Source of the DNA: Patescibacteria group bacterium | Lineage (GTDB): Bacteria; Patescibacteriota; Minisyncoccia; Phycocordibacterales; Phycocordibacteraceae | DNA: 64,000 nt | NCBI GenBank assembly: GCA_019752595.1 | Contig: JAIELV010000001.1 | Coordinates: forward strand, 184,486-248,485 | Reading direction: 5' to 3' | Part shown: one piece after another, positions 1 through 9,327 of the stretch | Position numbering within the stretch: position 1 is the stretch's first letter | Layout of the letters: each line of letters opens with the position of its first letter | Program-made: the position numbers and the translations under genes | Notes under the pieces: generated by a model | The model's database searches: none | What the model saw: the letters and a program-made list of their open reading frames with translations, nothing else | What the model was told of the DNA's origin: nothing

Positions 1-306
1 GAGACTGGTGAGAGTTACAGAGGAAGTGTGTACGGTCGTATGAGTTGGGACAAGCCGGCTCCTACGATGACTACGCAGTGTACAGGGTTAGGAAATGGAA
101 GATACGGCCATCCAGTTCAAGACAGAGCCATATCTCTCAGAGAAGCAGCATTTTTCCAAACCTTTGGAAAAGACTATAAATTTGTTGCGCCTGACCAGAA
201 GTTAATTGTGAAACAGATCTCTCGTTTTATTGGGAACGCGGTTCCCGTAAGAGGAGGAGAAGTGATCGCAGAGAGTATCCGAAGGCACCTCAACCTTGTG
301 CCCTAA
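1..306 (+). CDS. DNA (cytosine-5)-methyltransferase, C-terminal fragment (5' end lies outside the window)
   Basis: Frame open from the window edge. Motif RAISLREAAFFQTFGKDYKF...IGNAVPV matches C5-MTase motifs IX-X (R.LT.RE.ARLQ.FPD.F.F ... GNSV.VP). Confidence 0.7.
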   Translation, partial: ETGESYRGSVYGRMSWDKPAPTMTTQCTGLGNGRYGHPVQDRAISLREAAFFQTFGKDYKFVAPDQKLIVKQISRFIGNAVPVRGGEVIAESIRRHLNLVP

Positions 307-2201
307 GTTGATACAAGTGAGTTTAGTTTCGTTTTATTTGCAGATTCAGATTGTGGCCTGTAGCCCAGTTTTTCGGATACAAAAATCATCCTTTCAACAA
401 ACTTGTCAAACTCCAGCGGGTCCATTCTGATATCTCCACTCGTATCTAAATAAGTTGATTGCCATAACTTTGCTACGTCTAGAGGGGCTTCAGGTCTGTG
501 GCCTTTTACATTGAAGATTAAATGAATGCTTTGTGCTACCCACCCAGCCCCAACTTCTGCAACTGGATTCCATTCCTTTGCCATTCTCTCGCTCGTAACA
601 TATAGGACGAGTATTTTTTCATTGGAAATGCTATCGATAAAGAACGAACGAAGATAGTCAAAAAGGCTTTCGTCTATCGGGAGACGCGATTCTCTAGATC
701 CACTGGTATAAAGGATTACGTCTTCAGGTATGTTATTAAAAACGAGCATTTGAAAAATTAAGTCGGCTAAAGGCTTATCAAGTCCGGAATGACTGATTAA
801 TACTTTCTTCTTGTTGGAATCTACCGTGTTTTTTAATTTCAGAATCTTGCGCGACTCATCTAGTTTCCTAACAACACGTAGGGTCATTTCTTCTTTGGAA
901 AGGTTCTCATTTTTCAAGACCTCACGGACAATTTTAGTGGCAGTTAAATTACTGAAATTATCCACGGTTTCTCGCAACTTCTGCTCTTGTCTTTTTTGTC
1001 GTTCGAGTTTCTCTTTATCCTTTTGTTCGTTTTTAAAACCAACCCACTTGTTTCTCAATTCAATTAGCTCTGGCAATAATTTGTCTCTTATTATTTCTGT
1101 AGCCTTGATATACCTAGGATCGTCAGATTTATAACCCTGTCTGTTGCTGAGTGCCATATCAGGTAGCTCCGTTTCTTCAAAAAGATCAATGTGCAGCTGA
1201 CCCACAACATACACTTCCTGGAGTTTATTTTTACCCGCAATAGGGAGAATATTATATTCACCCATCTTTCCATTTGATAAAAGCGAAATAAAATTGTCAG
1301 GAAAGTCGCCTTTATGTTTTTTCCTATCTTTCGTAGTCTTATAGATACCAAGCCACCCTTCTATCTTGAGGTCATAATCTCGCGTTTCTAGATTTATTGT
1401 CTTCAACGAGAGGGGAATAGAGATAGGGTCCGCTTGCTTCAAGAGATCTTTCAAAACTCGATATTTTTTTTGCGGAAGTTCAGGATCAAAGTACTTTGAA
1501 AGACTTTTATATTTATGTCCAAAGGTCATTAGGCCGCCAAGTTGTTTTACTATCTCGGTATCGAAACTTTTAATTGTTACAGCATCATTGCTCGGTGTCT
1601 CTATGTGAATTTGGAAGTCTTTGCTTATAAGGGGAAATATTTTCACCACGTTAGCTTTAATAACTTGAGGATCTGAAGGAAAGTCGTATTCGGGGTCTCG
1701 CATCACAATTGACGTACCATGTGTTGATATTTTATCGAACTTAATGTCTTCCTGATTGATAGGTATAAGACGTTTACTAGAAGGAACCTTACGAGGAAGA
1801 ATAAATCCCGACCTCTGCTCGTTTTTGATAGTTTTCACAAGCACCTCTTTTGATACTGCTAAAGCAGCCAATTTACCGATACCTTTTCTTCCAAGCCGAC
1901 GGCGGGTTTTACTCGAACCCTTAACGTACACGTCGCCACTGCTGGTCCTCGTTTCTTCAGCGACCCTTAAGTAGTGATCTGTATCACCGTCGTCATAAGA
2001 CATTCCGAAACCATCATCTTCCACTATTATTTCATTGCTTCTTTTAATAATGTAAATGTTTTTTGCATTAGCATCATAAGCATTCGCAATAAGTTCGGCG
2101 AGTACGTAATATATATTGGTGTATAAACTTGGGCCAAGTAGTTCAAGAATCCCTGGCTCAATGCTAATCGGGTATATTCGATCTTCTGATTTAGGAGTCA
2201 C
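303..2201 (-). CDS. GHKL-superfamily ATPase (MORC/HATPase_c_3-like) with an uncharacterised C-terminal domain
   Basis: Bergerat-fold motifs: N-box ELIANAYDA, G1 DDGFGM, G2 GRKGIGKLAA. 632 aa. Overlaps the MTase fragment by 4 nt. The C-terminal ~150 aa (VLISHSGLDKPLADL...ILVLYVTSERMAKEW) is of unknown, possibly TIR-like, nature. Confidence 0.6.
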   Translation of the reverse strand: MTPKSEDRIYPISIEPGILELLGPSLYTNIYYVLAELIANAYDANAKNIYIIKRSNEIIVEDDGFGMSYDDGDTDHYLRVAEETRTSSGDVYVKGSSKTRRRLGRKGIGKLAALAVSKEVLVKTIKNEQRSGFILPRKVPSSKRLIPINQEDIKFDKISTHGTSIVMRDPEYDFPSDPQVIKANVVKIFPLISKDFQIHIETPSNDAVTIKSFDTEIVKQLGGLMTFGHKYKSLSKYFDPELPQKKYRVLKDLLKQADPISIPLSLKTINLETRDYDLKIEGWLGIYKTTKDRKKHKGDFPDNFISLLSNGKMGEYNILPIAGKNKLQEVYVVGQLHIDLFEETELPDMALSNRQGYKSDDPRYIKATEIIRDKLLPELIELRNKWVGFKNEQKDKEKLERQKRQEQKLRETVDNFSNLTATKIVREVLKNENLSKEEMTLRVVRKLDESRKILKLKNTVDSNKKKVLISHSGLDKPLADLIFQMLVFNNIPEDVILYTSGSRESRLPIDESLFDYLRSFFIDSISNEKILVLYVTSERMAKEWNPVAEVGAGWVAQSIHLIFNVKGHRPEAPLDVAKLWQSTYLDTSGDIRMDPLEFDKFVERMIFVSEKLGYRPQSESANKTKLNSLVST

Positions 2202-2559
2202 TTATTAACTCTACGCCCTTCATCAAGTACCGCAAGTTATGCGGGGAACTGAAGAGGGGATATGCAATGGTGGCATAAACGTAAATAGGTGGACCATAAC
2301 CCCCCCGGTTCTAAGTTTCGTGTGGGGCCTCCAAAAAAACGCGTGGGCTTTCCAAAAGTAGCACCAAAAATACTGTACGTTCGTTTGATTTTCTCACCCC
2401 CGATTGGGTGAGTGTTTCAAGAGTGTGTCATTAATAAGTAGGGAGAAGGGCTTTCAGGTCCCTGTCTCCCTACGAAGATACTTCGCACAATATATCTTTT
2501 GCGAAGTAATATAGGCAAGGATACAGGGGCTTTTCGCCCCCTGCATCTACCTCGTCTTT

Positions 2560-2841
2560 CTAGACTCCTCGTAGACCTATTGATGTTCCTGGAATGTTCT
2601 CGCGGTTGATTACGCGTACGCTTGCCCAAAATGCCTGACGTGGAGTCTGATTCCTTTTGTTTTGTGAGATAAAGTCTGGAAATTCTGTACCAGTTAGATC
2701 AAATACAGGCTCTCCGTTCAATTCGCCGTCGTAGTCTACCTGTAGGCATCCATTTATGTACCAAACCTTTACTGGAGTTCCGTCTCGCAATTTTCCTGGA
2801 AATGTTATCGCTAGAAGTTTTTCTTTTGTCATGGCTTGCAA
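2560..2841 (-). CDS. hypothetical protein (93 aa)
   Basis: ORF only; no recognisable motifs. Confidence 0.3.
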   Translation of the reverse strand: MQAMTKEKLLAITFPGKLRDGTPVKVWYINGCLQVDYDGELNGEPVFDLTGTEFPDFISQNKRNQTPRQAFWASVRVINRENIPGTSIGLRGV

Positions 2842-2929
2842 CTGTATTTCTTATTGCAGTTCTTGTCAAAGAATTTCGTGGTTTTTTGTACGTCAGAGGA
2901 TGTTATTTTCTTTTGTCCACACCCATATA

Positions 2930-2959
2930 TTGCATAAATTTAAAACAATGGTCTAATAT
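2930..2959 (+). promoter_or_regulatory. sigma70-like promoter TTGCAT-18-TAATAT, predicted leaderless transcript
   Basis: -10 ends 7 nt before the ATG at 2967. Confidence 0.3.
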
Positions 2960-2966
2960 ACTGAGC

Positions 2967-3260
2967 ATGGTAAACACCAGACTTTCAGAAGTAGGTCCCG
3001 CCACTCCCCGTCTACTCGATAAAATGCGCGAGGAGCTTGAGGGACTGTCTAATCAAACAGGCATCATTGCGCGTCGCGTGTCGGCCGTTACGCGTGTGCG
3101 TGGCATCAGAAACGCACACATAGGGCGTTTAGGTGCTATTTTCTTCACTACCAACAAGTTCGGCAAGGTTATTTTCTTCCCCAAAGGTGGGCGGATGCTT
3201 TTACACGCTCTCTTTGTCGATCCCGTGCCTGCGCGCTCAATTCAGAGTTCGCGATTGTGA
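2967..3260 (+). CDS. hypothetical protein (97 aa; start chosen at an internal Met of ORF 2802..3260)
   Basis: ORF preceded by a promoter-like element; no family recognised. Confidence 0.3.
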   Translation: MVNTRLSEVGPATPRLLDKMREELEGLSNQTGIIARRVSAVTRVRGIRNAHIGRLGAIFFTTNKFGKVIFFPKGGRMLLHALFVDPVPARSIQSSRL

Positions 3261-3262
3261 AC

Positions 3263-3502
3263 TCACGCTTTCTTTTCCTCCGTCACGCACAACCTACAGG
3301 TCTTTTTATGTTCGAGCAACAGATACACCGCTGATAATGCTACGAGTACGTACATAATTTTAGACATTGAGGCGTCCATACCGCCAAACAGATTACCCAG
3401 CTCCCAGCCTGTTACTGCAAGTAAGCCCCAATTCAGGGCTCCTATAACGACTAAAACGAACGCTACTGTGTGTACGTATTTCATATACGCATAGGATATC
3501 AA
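3263..3502 (-). CDS. DUF378-family small membrane protein
   Basis: 79 aa with two TM segments. GALNWGLLAVTGWELGNLFGG...YVLVALSAVY matches the DUF378 pattern. Confidence 0.55.
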   Translation of the reverse strand: MISYAYMKYVHTVAFVLVVIGALNWGLLAVTGWELGNLFGGMDASMSKIMYVLVALSAVYLLLEHKKTCRLCVTEEKKA

Positions 3503-3546
3503 AAAACCTCGTCTCCGAGGTTTTTATACAGGTACTCTTGTTTTAA

Positions 3547-3750
3547 TTAATCCGCGTTTCTGCCTACGGCGTCTGCGAATGCATCAAACGAATGCGATAC
3601 AAGCGTTGTGCCAAGTTGCGCATTCTGATTAAGAATGTCACTGAGAATAAGTGTTGCGGCATGTGCAGTGTCTACACCGCCAAGCTCACGAGCTTCAGCA
3701 ACAATTTTCACAACAACATCAGGCGTCAATGCAATTTTTTCTGTAGCCAT
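3547..3750 (-). CDS. hypothetical protein (67 aa)
   Basis: ORF only. Confidence 0.25.
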   Translation of the reverse strand: MATEKIALTPDVVVKIVAEARELGGVDTAHAATLILSDILNQNAQLGTTLVSHSFDAFADAVGRNAD

Positions 3751-3800
3751 ATAGGTTAGATTAACACGGACTTAAAATAAGTCAATAGTAGAGCCGTATT

Positions 3801-5171
3801 CTAGAGATATTTCAACGGATCAAGGTACGCATCCGTTGGCGCCACAGGAATTGTGGCGTTTGCGCAATTTGTTTTTGCTTTCACGTCGCCGTAACGCACA
3901 ACTTTAACCGCATCCGATACATAGAGCGTAAAGTGCAGGTGCGGGCCCGTAGCGTAGCCTGTTTTACCTGAATAGCCGATTAAACCTCCGCGTGATACTG
4001 CCTCCCCCTTTGTAACGCTAATTACCGAAAGGTGGGCGTAGAGCGTGGAGAGGCCGTTTGTATGCTTTACCAGAACCCATTTACCGTACGAATAGCAGCC
4101 TTTATACGCGTCTGTGTTCCCTGTCGCAGTTACTTCACCAGGGAGGGCAGAAACTATTTTAGTGCCCGTTGGAGTGCCGAAATCGATGCCGTTGTGGTCT
4201 TTTCCGTTATATGCGCCTGATTGTGCGAACGAAGTGTTGCCATAATACTGAGTAATGCAGTAGTTGTTTTTAAACGTACTGTAGCGGTCTTTGCACTTCG
4301 CCATAAACGCAGAGTCGACAGGGAAACTCAACACGCCACTCCCCGCTTTCGGAATTGATGTAGGGTCAAGGTTAAATTGAAGCGCAGCTTCGTAATCACC
4401 TAACTGTTTTTCAAACTCCAGTTTCGCAGCCTGTTTTTCGGCAAGAAGAGTTTGGAACTCTGATTCTTTGTTTTTTGTATCTGCTAGAAGGTTTGCCTGT
4501 TCTTTGCGGTTTTGATCCAATACTAATTTTTGATTCGCCAGTTCGCGTTTAAGGTTTTTCAGTTGATTTTGTTTCTTTTGGGTTTCGGTTAAATCGAGCG
4601 TGAGTTCTTGTTTCGTATCAAGAAGGTTATCAATCTGCGCGCGAAGTTTTTCTTGTACGATTCGCTCGCGGTCTGCAGTAGTCCACGCGTTCTCTAAACC
4701 GTTTGCCGTCAGCAAGTGTTCAACAAGTGTTGTTTCGCCAATTTTATAAATATTTTGAAATGCAAGATTAACCGCTTCCTTCCCAGCGTTGATACTTTTT
4801 TCTTTTTGACTGATTTCACCACCAAGTTCTTTAATCTCGAGGCTTGCTTCCGTAATCCTGTTTTCAGTAACAGAAATATCCGTACCGATTTTTTTGCGAG
4901 AAACGTCAATGCGCTTCACCTCGCTCTCTAATGTTGATTTTGCCGAGCCGATAACCACCAACTGGCGCTCATATTCGGCAATTTCTTTTTCAAGCTGAGC
5001 TATTTTTGCGTTTTGAGTGGCAATCCTTGCTGCTATTTCTTCAGCTGTTTCGGCTAGAGTATTTGTAGGTAATGTAAAAAGTGCACCCAGAACGAGGAGT
5101 GCAACTATACAAAGAGGCGCAATCCTATGAAAGCGAATCGATAGCACGGTTGATGCGCTTTTCAGTTTCAT
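3801..5171 (-). CDS. M23-family peptidoglycan metalloendopeptidase with N-terminal signal/TM and a long coiled coil (EnvC-like)
   Basis: C-terminal GIDFG...PHLHF (HxH) M23 motif. N-terminal hydrophobic segment, then a Gln/Glu/Lys-rich coiled coil. Confidence 0.8.
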   Translation of the reverse strand: MKLKSASTVLSIRFHRIAPLCIVALLVLGALFTLPTNTLAETAEEIAARIATQNAKIAQLEKEIAEYERQLVVIGSAKSTLESEVKRIDVSRKKIGTDISVTENRITEASLEIKELGGEISQKEKSINAGKEAVNLAFQNIYKIGETTLVEHLLTANGLENAWTTADRERIVQEKLRAQIDNLLDTKQELTLDLTETQKKQNQLKNLKRELANQKLVLDQNRKEQANLLADTKNKESEFQTLLAEKQAAKLEFEKQLGDYEAALQFNLDPTSIPKAGSGVLSFPVDSAFMAKCKDRYSTFKNNYCITQYYGNTSFAQSGAYNGKDHNGIDFGTPTGTKIVSALPGEVTATGNTDAYKGCYSYGKWVLVKHTNGLSTLYAHLSVISVTKGEAVSRGGLIGYSGKTGYATGPHLHFTLYVSDAVKVVRYGDVKAKTNCANATIPVAPTDAYLDPLKYL

Positions 5172-6567
5172 CTTTCCCTATAATACCTGCAATAGTAAAC
5201 GGATCAGGAGACTTTTCCTTACCAGAGAGGGCAAAGCGCAATGGCCACAGCACATTTCCCCTCCCTTCAGCCTCTGCGTACTCCCATACAGCGTTTTTGA
5301 CCGTCTCGGCTGTCCAACTTCCCTCTTGAACTGCCTGCAGGCGTGTGAGAGCTTCTGTAAGGCGAGAAGCGGTACCTGTAGCATCGGCGTTTTTTGGAAT
5401 GAGTTTTACCACCTCTACGTTTGGTGTTTCGGCAAAGTACAACCATTCTCCAGCAGAATCCATCTCTGTCAGATCTTTAAACACCTGAATGCGCTCGTGC
5501 ATTATCGGCACCAATTTTTCAAGCACTCCTTTTGTTTCAAGCGCTGCGCATGTGTCGGAAGACAGAAACTTTTTTGCGTACTGTATAAATTCAGTTTCAG
5601 GAAGTTTTAAAATGTGTTCGCGGTTAAACCATTTTAGCTTCTCTTCATTCAAAATCCCGCCGTGGGTTTGAATTTGATCAATAGAAAATACTTGCACCAG
5701 CTCTTCTTGTGAAAATATTTCTTTCTCACCCCCAGGATTCCAGCCAATAAGCGCTAAGAAATTTACAATTCCTGCAGGTAGGTATCCTTCAGTTCGGTAC
5801 TCAAGAATGTCTTTTGCGCCATCACGCTTGCCGAGTTTCTTTTTCCCGTCCGCACCCAAAATCGGTGGAAGTGTGACAAACACTGGATATGGAATACCTA
5901 ACGCATCATAGAGCGAGAGAAATTTTGGCGTAGACGCAATAAATTCATCAGCCCGAAACACGTGGGTCACGCCCATGTGCAAGTCGTCAATGATGTGTGC
6001 GAAGTTGTAGGTTGGATATCCATCACCCTTAATAAGAATAAAATCGTCGAGTGCCTCTTCTCCAGCCTCAAGTTCTCCGCGAACCGCATCATTCCACTTG
6101 TATCTCTTGATTTCTGGTACACGAAAGCGAAGTGGTTTTTTCCCATCCCACGTTTCAATTTTTTCTGGACGGTGATTTCTATACAAAAACGGGCGTCTTT
6201 CTTCCTCTGCTTTTTTTCGAAACGCTTCAACTTCTGCTTCTGTGTAGGGATCGGGGTACGCGTGACCTTTTGCAATCAGTTCATGCGCAGCCTTCACATA
6301 GGTATCCAAACGCTGAGATTGAATAGCCGAACCAAAAGGGTTTTTCTTGTCAGGGCCGTAATCCCAATCAAGGCCAAGCCACTGCAAGGATTCCTGAATA
6401 TGTTCAAGCGAGCCCGCCACTTCGCGCGCTTTGTCGGTGTCTTCGATGCGCAAAATAAATGTACCGTTTGTTTTACGTGCAATAAGCCACGCAAAAAGGG
6501 CGGTTCTGATTCCACCGATGTGCATGAATCCCGTCGGAGACGGTGCAAAACGCGTAACGACTTTCAT
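5125..6567 (-). CDS. gltX: glutamate--tRNA ligase
   Basis: N-terminal RFAPSPTGFMHIGG (HIGH), KLGKRDG (KMSKS-like), 480 aa class I aaRS. Confidence 0.9.
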   Translation of the reverse strand: MKVVTRFAPSPTGFMHIGGIRTALFAWLIARKTNGTFILRIEDTDKAREVAGSLEHIQESLQWLGLDWDYGPDKKNPFGSAIQSQRLDTYVKAAHELIAKGHAYPDPYTEAEVEAFRKKAEEERRPFLYRNHRPEKIETWDGKKPLRFRVPEIKRYKWNDAVRGELEAGEEALDDFILIKGDGYPTYNFAHIIDDLHMGVTHVFRADEFIASTPKFLSLYDALGIPYPVFVTLPPILGADGKKKLGKRDGAKDILEYRTEGYLPAGIVNFLALIGWNPGGEKEIFSQEELVQVFSIDQIQTHGGILNEEKLKWFNREHILKLPETEFIQYAKKFLSSDTCAALETKGVLEKLVPIMHERIQVFKDLTEMDSAGEWLYFAETPNVEVVKLIPKNADATGTASRLTEALTRLQAVQEGSWTAETVKNAVWEYAEAEGRGNVLWPLRFALSGKEKSPDPFTIAGIIGKDETEKRINRAIDSLS

Positions 6568-6591
6568 TCGCTACAGTGTACAACCTTCGCT

Positions 6592-7020
6592 TTAATCCTG
6601 GAATTGCGGAACTGAGAGTTTTCTTGGTCGTTTCAGGGCATATATTGTTCCTTCAGGTGAACCCGCAGTAACATAGGCAAGAGAAAGTAAAAAACCTGTG
6701 AAAAAGAATTGTGGGTATATCTTGTCTGAAACTCGCACATACAAATCGCCGTATTCTGCATATTCCATATAGTCGTCCTTCACTCGCCGTGCTTTATCTG
6801 CTGCTGCCGCTTCTTGGGGAGAGAGTTTCCCTTTTTCGCGCTTCCTATTTGCAATATGAATTGCTTCCAGTAATCGACCCTGTCTCCACCCGACAACCGT
6901 CCAATCCCAAGGAGCTCTTTCGCCGTTTATGACGCGTTTGAATGTTTTTTCCGCCGAATCCGCATTATTCCGTAAACCTTTTTCAAGGTTGATAATCATT
7001 AAAACATTATAACACGGCAT
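6592..7020 (-). CDS. hypothetical protein with C-terminal TM segment
   Basis: 142-aa ORF between gltX and murG. Confidence 0.35.
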   Translation of the reverse strand: MPCYNVLMIINLEKGLRNNADSAEKTFKRVINGERAPWDWTVVGWRQGRLLEAIHIANRKREKGKLSPQEAAAADKARRVKDDYMEYAEYGDLYVRVSDKIYPQFFFTGFLLSLAYVTAGSPEGTIYALKRPRKLSVPQFQD

Positions 7021-7036
7021 TGCTAAAAAAGCAATG

Positions 7037-8176
7037 TTACTGTTCGTGTTGCAAAGAAGTGTCTACGAGTGCGTTTGCAAGCATTTTTGCTGCATCTTTC
7101 TTCGCAAATTTCTTTGCCGCTTCAGCCAAATCATTTCGAGCTTTCGGGTTGGTGAACAAGCGATCTATTTCTGAAAGCATGACGTGTGGGGTCAAATTCC
7201 CCTGCTCGAGAACCACTGTGGCACCCGTTCGCGCAAATGCAAATGCGTTTGAGCGTTGGTCGCGAGATACGTCCTCAGGAATGGGCACTAAAATCGACGC
7301 TTTGCCCCACGCGCTGATTTCCGCAATCGAGCCCGAGCCAGCGCGGGCGATAACCAAATCAGCAGCACCCGCCGCCATTTTCATAGCCAAAGGGGTGAGG
7401 TATCCGTAGGGCTTGTAGTGGTATCTGCGTTCGTTTTTTTCAAGAATAACGCGTGCGGTTGAAGAAACGGATTCAAAATGCGCTTGCCCTGTTTGGTGAA
7501 TCACTTGATAGCGCTGTACCAAGTCAGGTAAAGCTTCAAGAACGGTATTATTCAACACTTCAGCGCCCAAGGAACCTCCGAGAATCAAAAGAACAGGCAC
7601 ATTGTTTTCGAGTTCGAGAAATTCATGCGAACCATCGCGCGCAGGGTTCATTAAATCTCTCCTGATGGGGTTTCCTGTGAGTGCAATTTTGCCACGCACT
7701 TTTTCAGGAAAATACTGAAGTGCTTCGTCGTATGAAATAGCAATACGTTTTGCAAATGGCGCTGCCATTAATGTCGAACGCCCAGGAATCGCATCCGAGT
7801 CGTGAGCGATTATTGGGATGTTTAGAATGCGTGCAGCAATAACGGTCGGCACTGAGCCGTAACCGCCTTTTGAGAAAACCACACTCGGGAAAATAGCGTA
7901 GAGCTTGAATACGGTATCTAAAATTCCCCACGCGGTTGTGAAGATGTCAAAGAAATTCATGAGCGAGAAATATCGACGCATTTTGCCTGCAGGTGTCTGC
8001 ACGAACGTAATACCGTTTTCGTAGAGCGCACGTTCGTCAAAGGCGTTCGGGCCGAAATAGTAGAGTTCAGGCTCCAAAAGCTTCCTCTCTTTTTCTATGT
8101 CGTGCAGTGCTTCAGCAACCGCTATGATCGGGTAAAAGTGTCCTCCAGTTCCTCCTCCAGTAAATACGATTTTCAT
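7037..8176 (-). CDS. murG: UDP-GlcNAc:undecaprenyl-PP-MurNAc-pentapeptide GlcNAc transferase
   Basis: N-terminal MKIVFTGGGTGGHFYP, GT28 architecture. Confidence 0.9.
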   Translation of the reverse strand: MKIVFTGGGTGGHFYPIIAVAEALHDIEKERKLLEPELYYFGPNAFDERALYENGITFVQTPAGKMRRYFSLMNFFDIFTTAWGILDTVFKLYAIFPSVVFSKGGYGSVPTVIAARILNIPIIAHDSDAIPGRSTLMAAPFAKRIAISYDEALQYFPEKVRGKIALTGNPIRRDLMNPARDGSHEFLELENNVPVLLILGGSLGAEVLNNTVLEALPDLVQRYQVIHQTGQAHFESVSSTARVILEKNERRYHYKPYGYLTPLAMKMAAGAADLVIARAGSGSIAEISAWGKASILVPIPEDVSRDQRSNAFAFARTGATVVLEQGNLTPHVMLSEIDRLFTNPKARNDLAEAAKKFAKKDAAKMLANALVDTSLQHEQ

Positions 8177-8220
8177 TGCTTTTCAGGGCATTTTAGCACT
8201 TTCCTGGGGTTGTGGCTCTG

Positions 8221-9321
8221 TTATGTATGCACGCTTCGAGAAACTGAGAGCAGTATGCCCGCTGCTCCCATTGATGCCAAAAGCGCACTCCCCCCATGCG
8301 AGACGAACACGAGAGGAAGTCCTGAGAGCGGAAATACGCCAAGCATCGCGGCTATATTCAGATACGATTCAGAAACAATCAGAACCACAATGCCAAGCGC
8401 CAAAAGACCACCGAAAACATCGGGAGCGCGGGCAGCAATCCAAAAACCGCGTAGCGCAAACACTAGGTACGCAATAACTAACGCAGAAGCACCTACAAAT
8501 CCTGCTTCTTCAGCGAACACAGAAAAGATTGAATCGGATGTGGGTTCAGGAAGTTTTCCAAATTTTTGCACACTTTGTCCAAAGCCTCTCCCAAAAATTT
8601 CTCCCGCGCCGACCGCCATAAGCGATTGCTGAATTTGGTATCCCGTTCCTTGCGGGTCGAGCCCAGGGTTTAAGAAACTCGTAATTCGATCTGCAACATA
8701 CGGACGAAAAGTGATCACGATAATGCCCGCAATCACGCCCAAGAGAACAATAATAGCGAGGTCACGTACTTTTGCTCCAGAGGCTGCAAACATTGCAAGT
8801 CCCGAGAGCGCGATAATCATAAACGTGTCGGTGTCTGGCTGAAGCAGAAGCGTTGCCCCCACGATTCCTGTGATGACGAGAAATGGCAAAAGTCCGTACC
8901 GCATCTCCCCTATTTTTGACTTTGCACCTGAAAGCCATGTAGCCAAATACAGCAGATAGCCAATTTTCAAAAATTCCGCAGGTTGCACCGTAAAGATTCC
9001 GAGGTCAATCCAGCGTCTGGCGCCGTTCAATTCAAGTCCGAGAGGTGTGAATACTAAAAAGCAAAGCGCGAGAGAACTTAAAAATAGGTACAGAGAAACA
9101 CCTCGCCAAAACCGATAGTGAATCGCAAGGCATATAAGAAAGACTACGGTACCGCCACCTAAGCCCAAGACCAGCTGGTTTCTTGCAACGTTCCCGAATT
9201 CAGGACCGCTTCCAGCCAAGAGACCAAGCGAGGCGGAGAGAAAAATTAAAAATCCTCCTACGATAAGGAGAATGATGGTAGAAAAAAGTATACGGTCCGA
9301 ATGTCCGCGCCCCTTAGTCAT
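8221..9321 (-). CDS. ftsW: SEDS-family peptidoglycan glycosyltransferase/lipid II flippase (FtsW/RodA)
   Basis: 10-TM SEDS protein with the conserved C-terminal region, between mraY and murG. Confidence 0.8.
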   Translation of the reverse strand: MTKGRGHSDRILFSTIILLIVGGFLIFLSASLGLLAGSGPEFGNVARNQLVLGLGGGTVVFLICLAIHYRFWRGVSLYLFLSSLALCFLVFTPLGLELNGARRWIDLGIFTVQPAEFLKIGYLLYLATWLSGAKSKIGEMRYGLLPFLVITGIVGATLLLQPDTDTFMIIALSGLAMFAASGAKVRDLAIIVLLGVIAGIIVITFRPYVADRITSFLNPGLDPQGTGYQIQQSLMAVGAGEIFGRGFGQSVQKFGKLPEPTSDSIFSVFAEEAGFVGASALVIAYLVFALRGFWIAARAPDVFGGLLALGIVVLIVSESYLNIAAMLGVFPLSGLPLVFVSHGGSALLASMGAAGILLSVSRSVHT

Positions 9322-9327
9322 GATCTC

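Noticed and set aside
2202-2560. Possible tmRNA, tRNA or RNase P RNA in the ~360-bp stem-loop-rich gap
   Set aside because: No T-arm (GGTTCGANTCC-like) or CCA-adjacent acceptor pairing. No RNase P CR-I/CR-V consensus. No tRNA-like motifs found on either strand by eye. Kept only as 'unexplained structured region'.
5125-5171. 47-nt overlap between the M23 peptidase 5' end and the gltX 3' end as a functional feature
   Set aside because: Probably just reflects an uncertain M23 start codon (alternative non-ATG start downstream). No other supporting signal.
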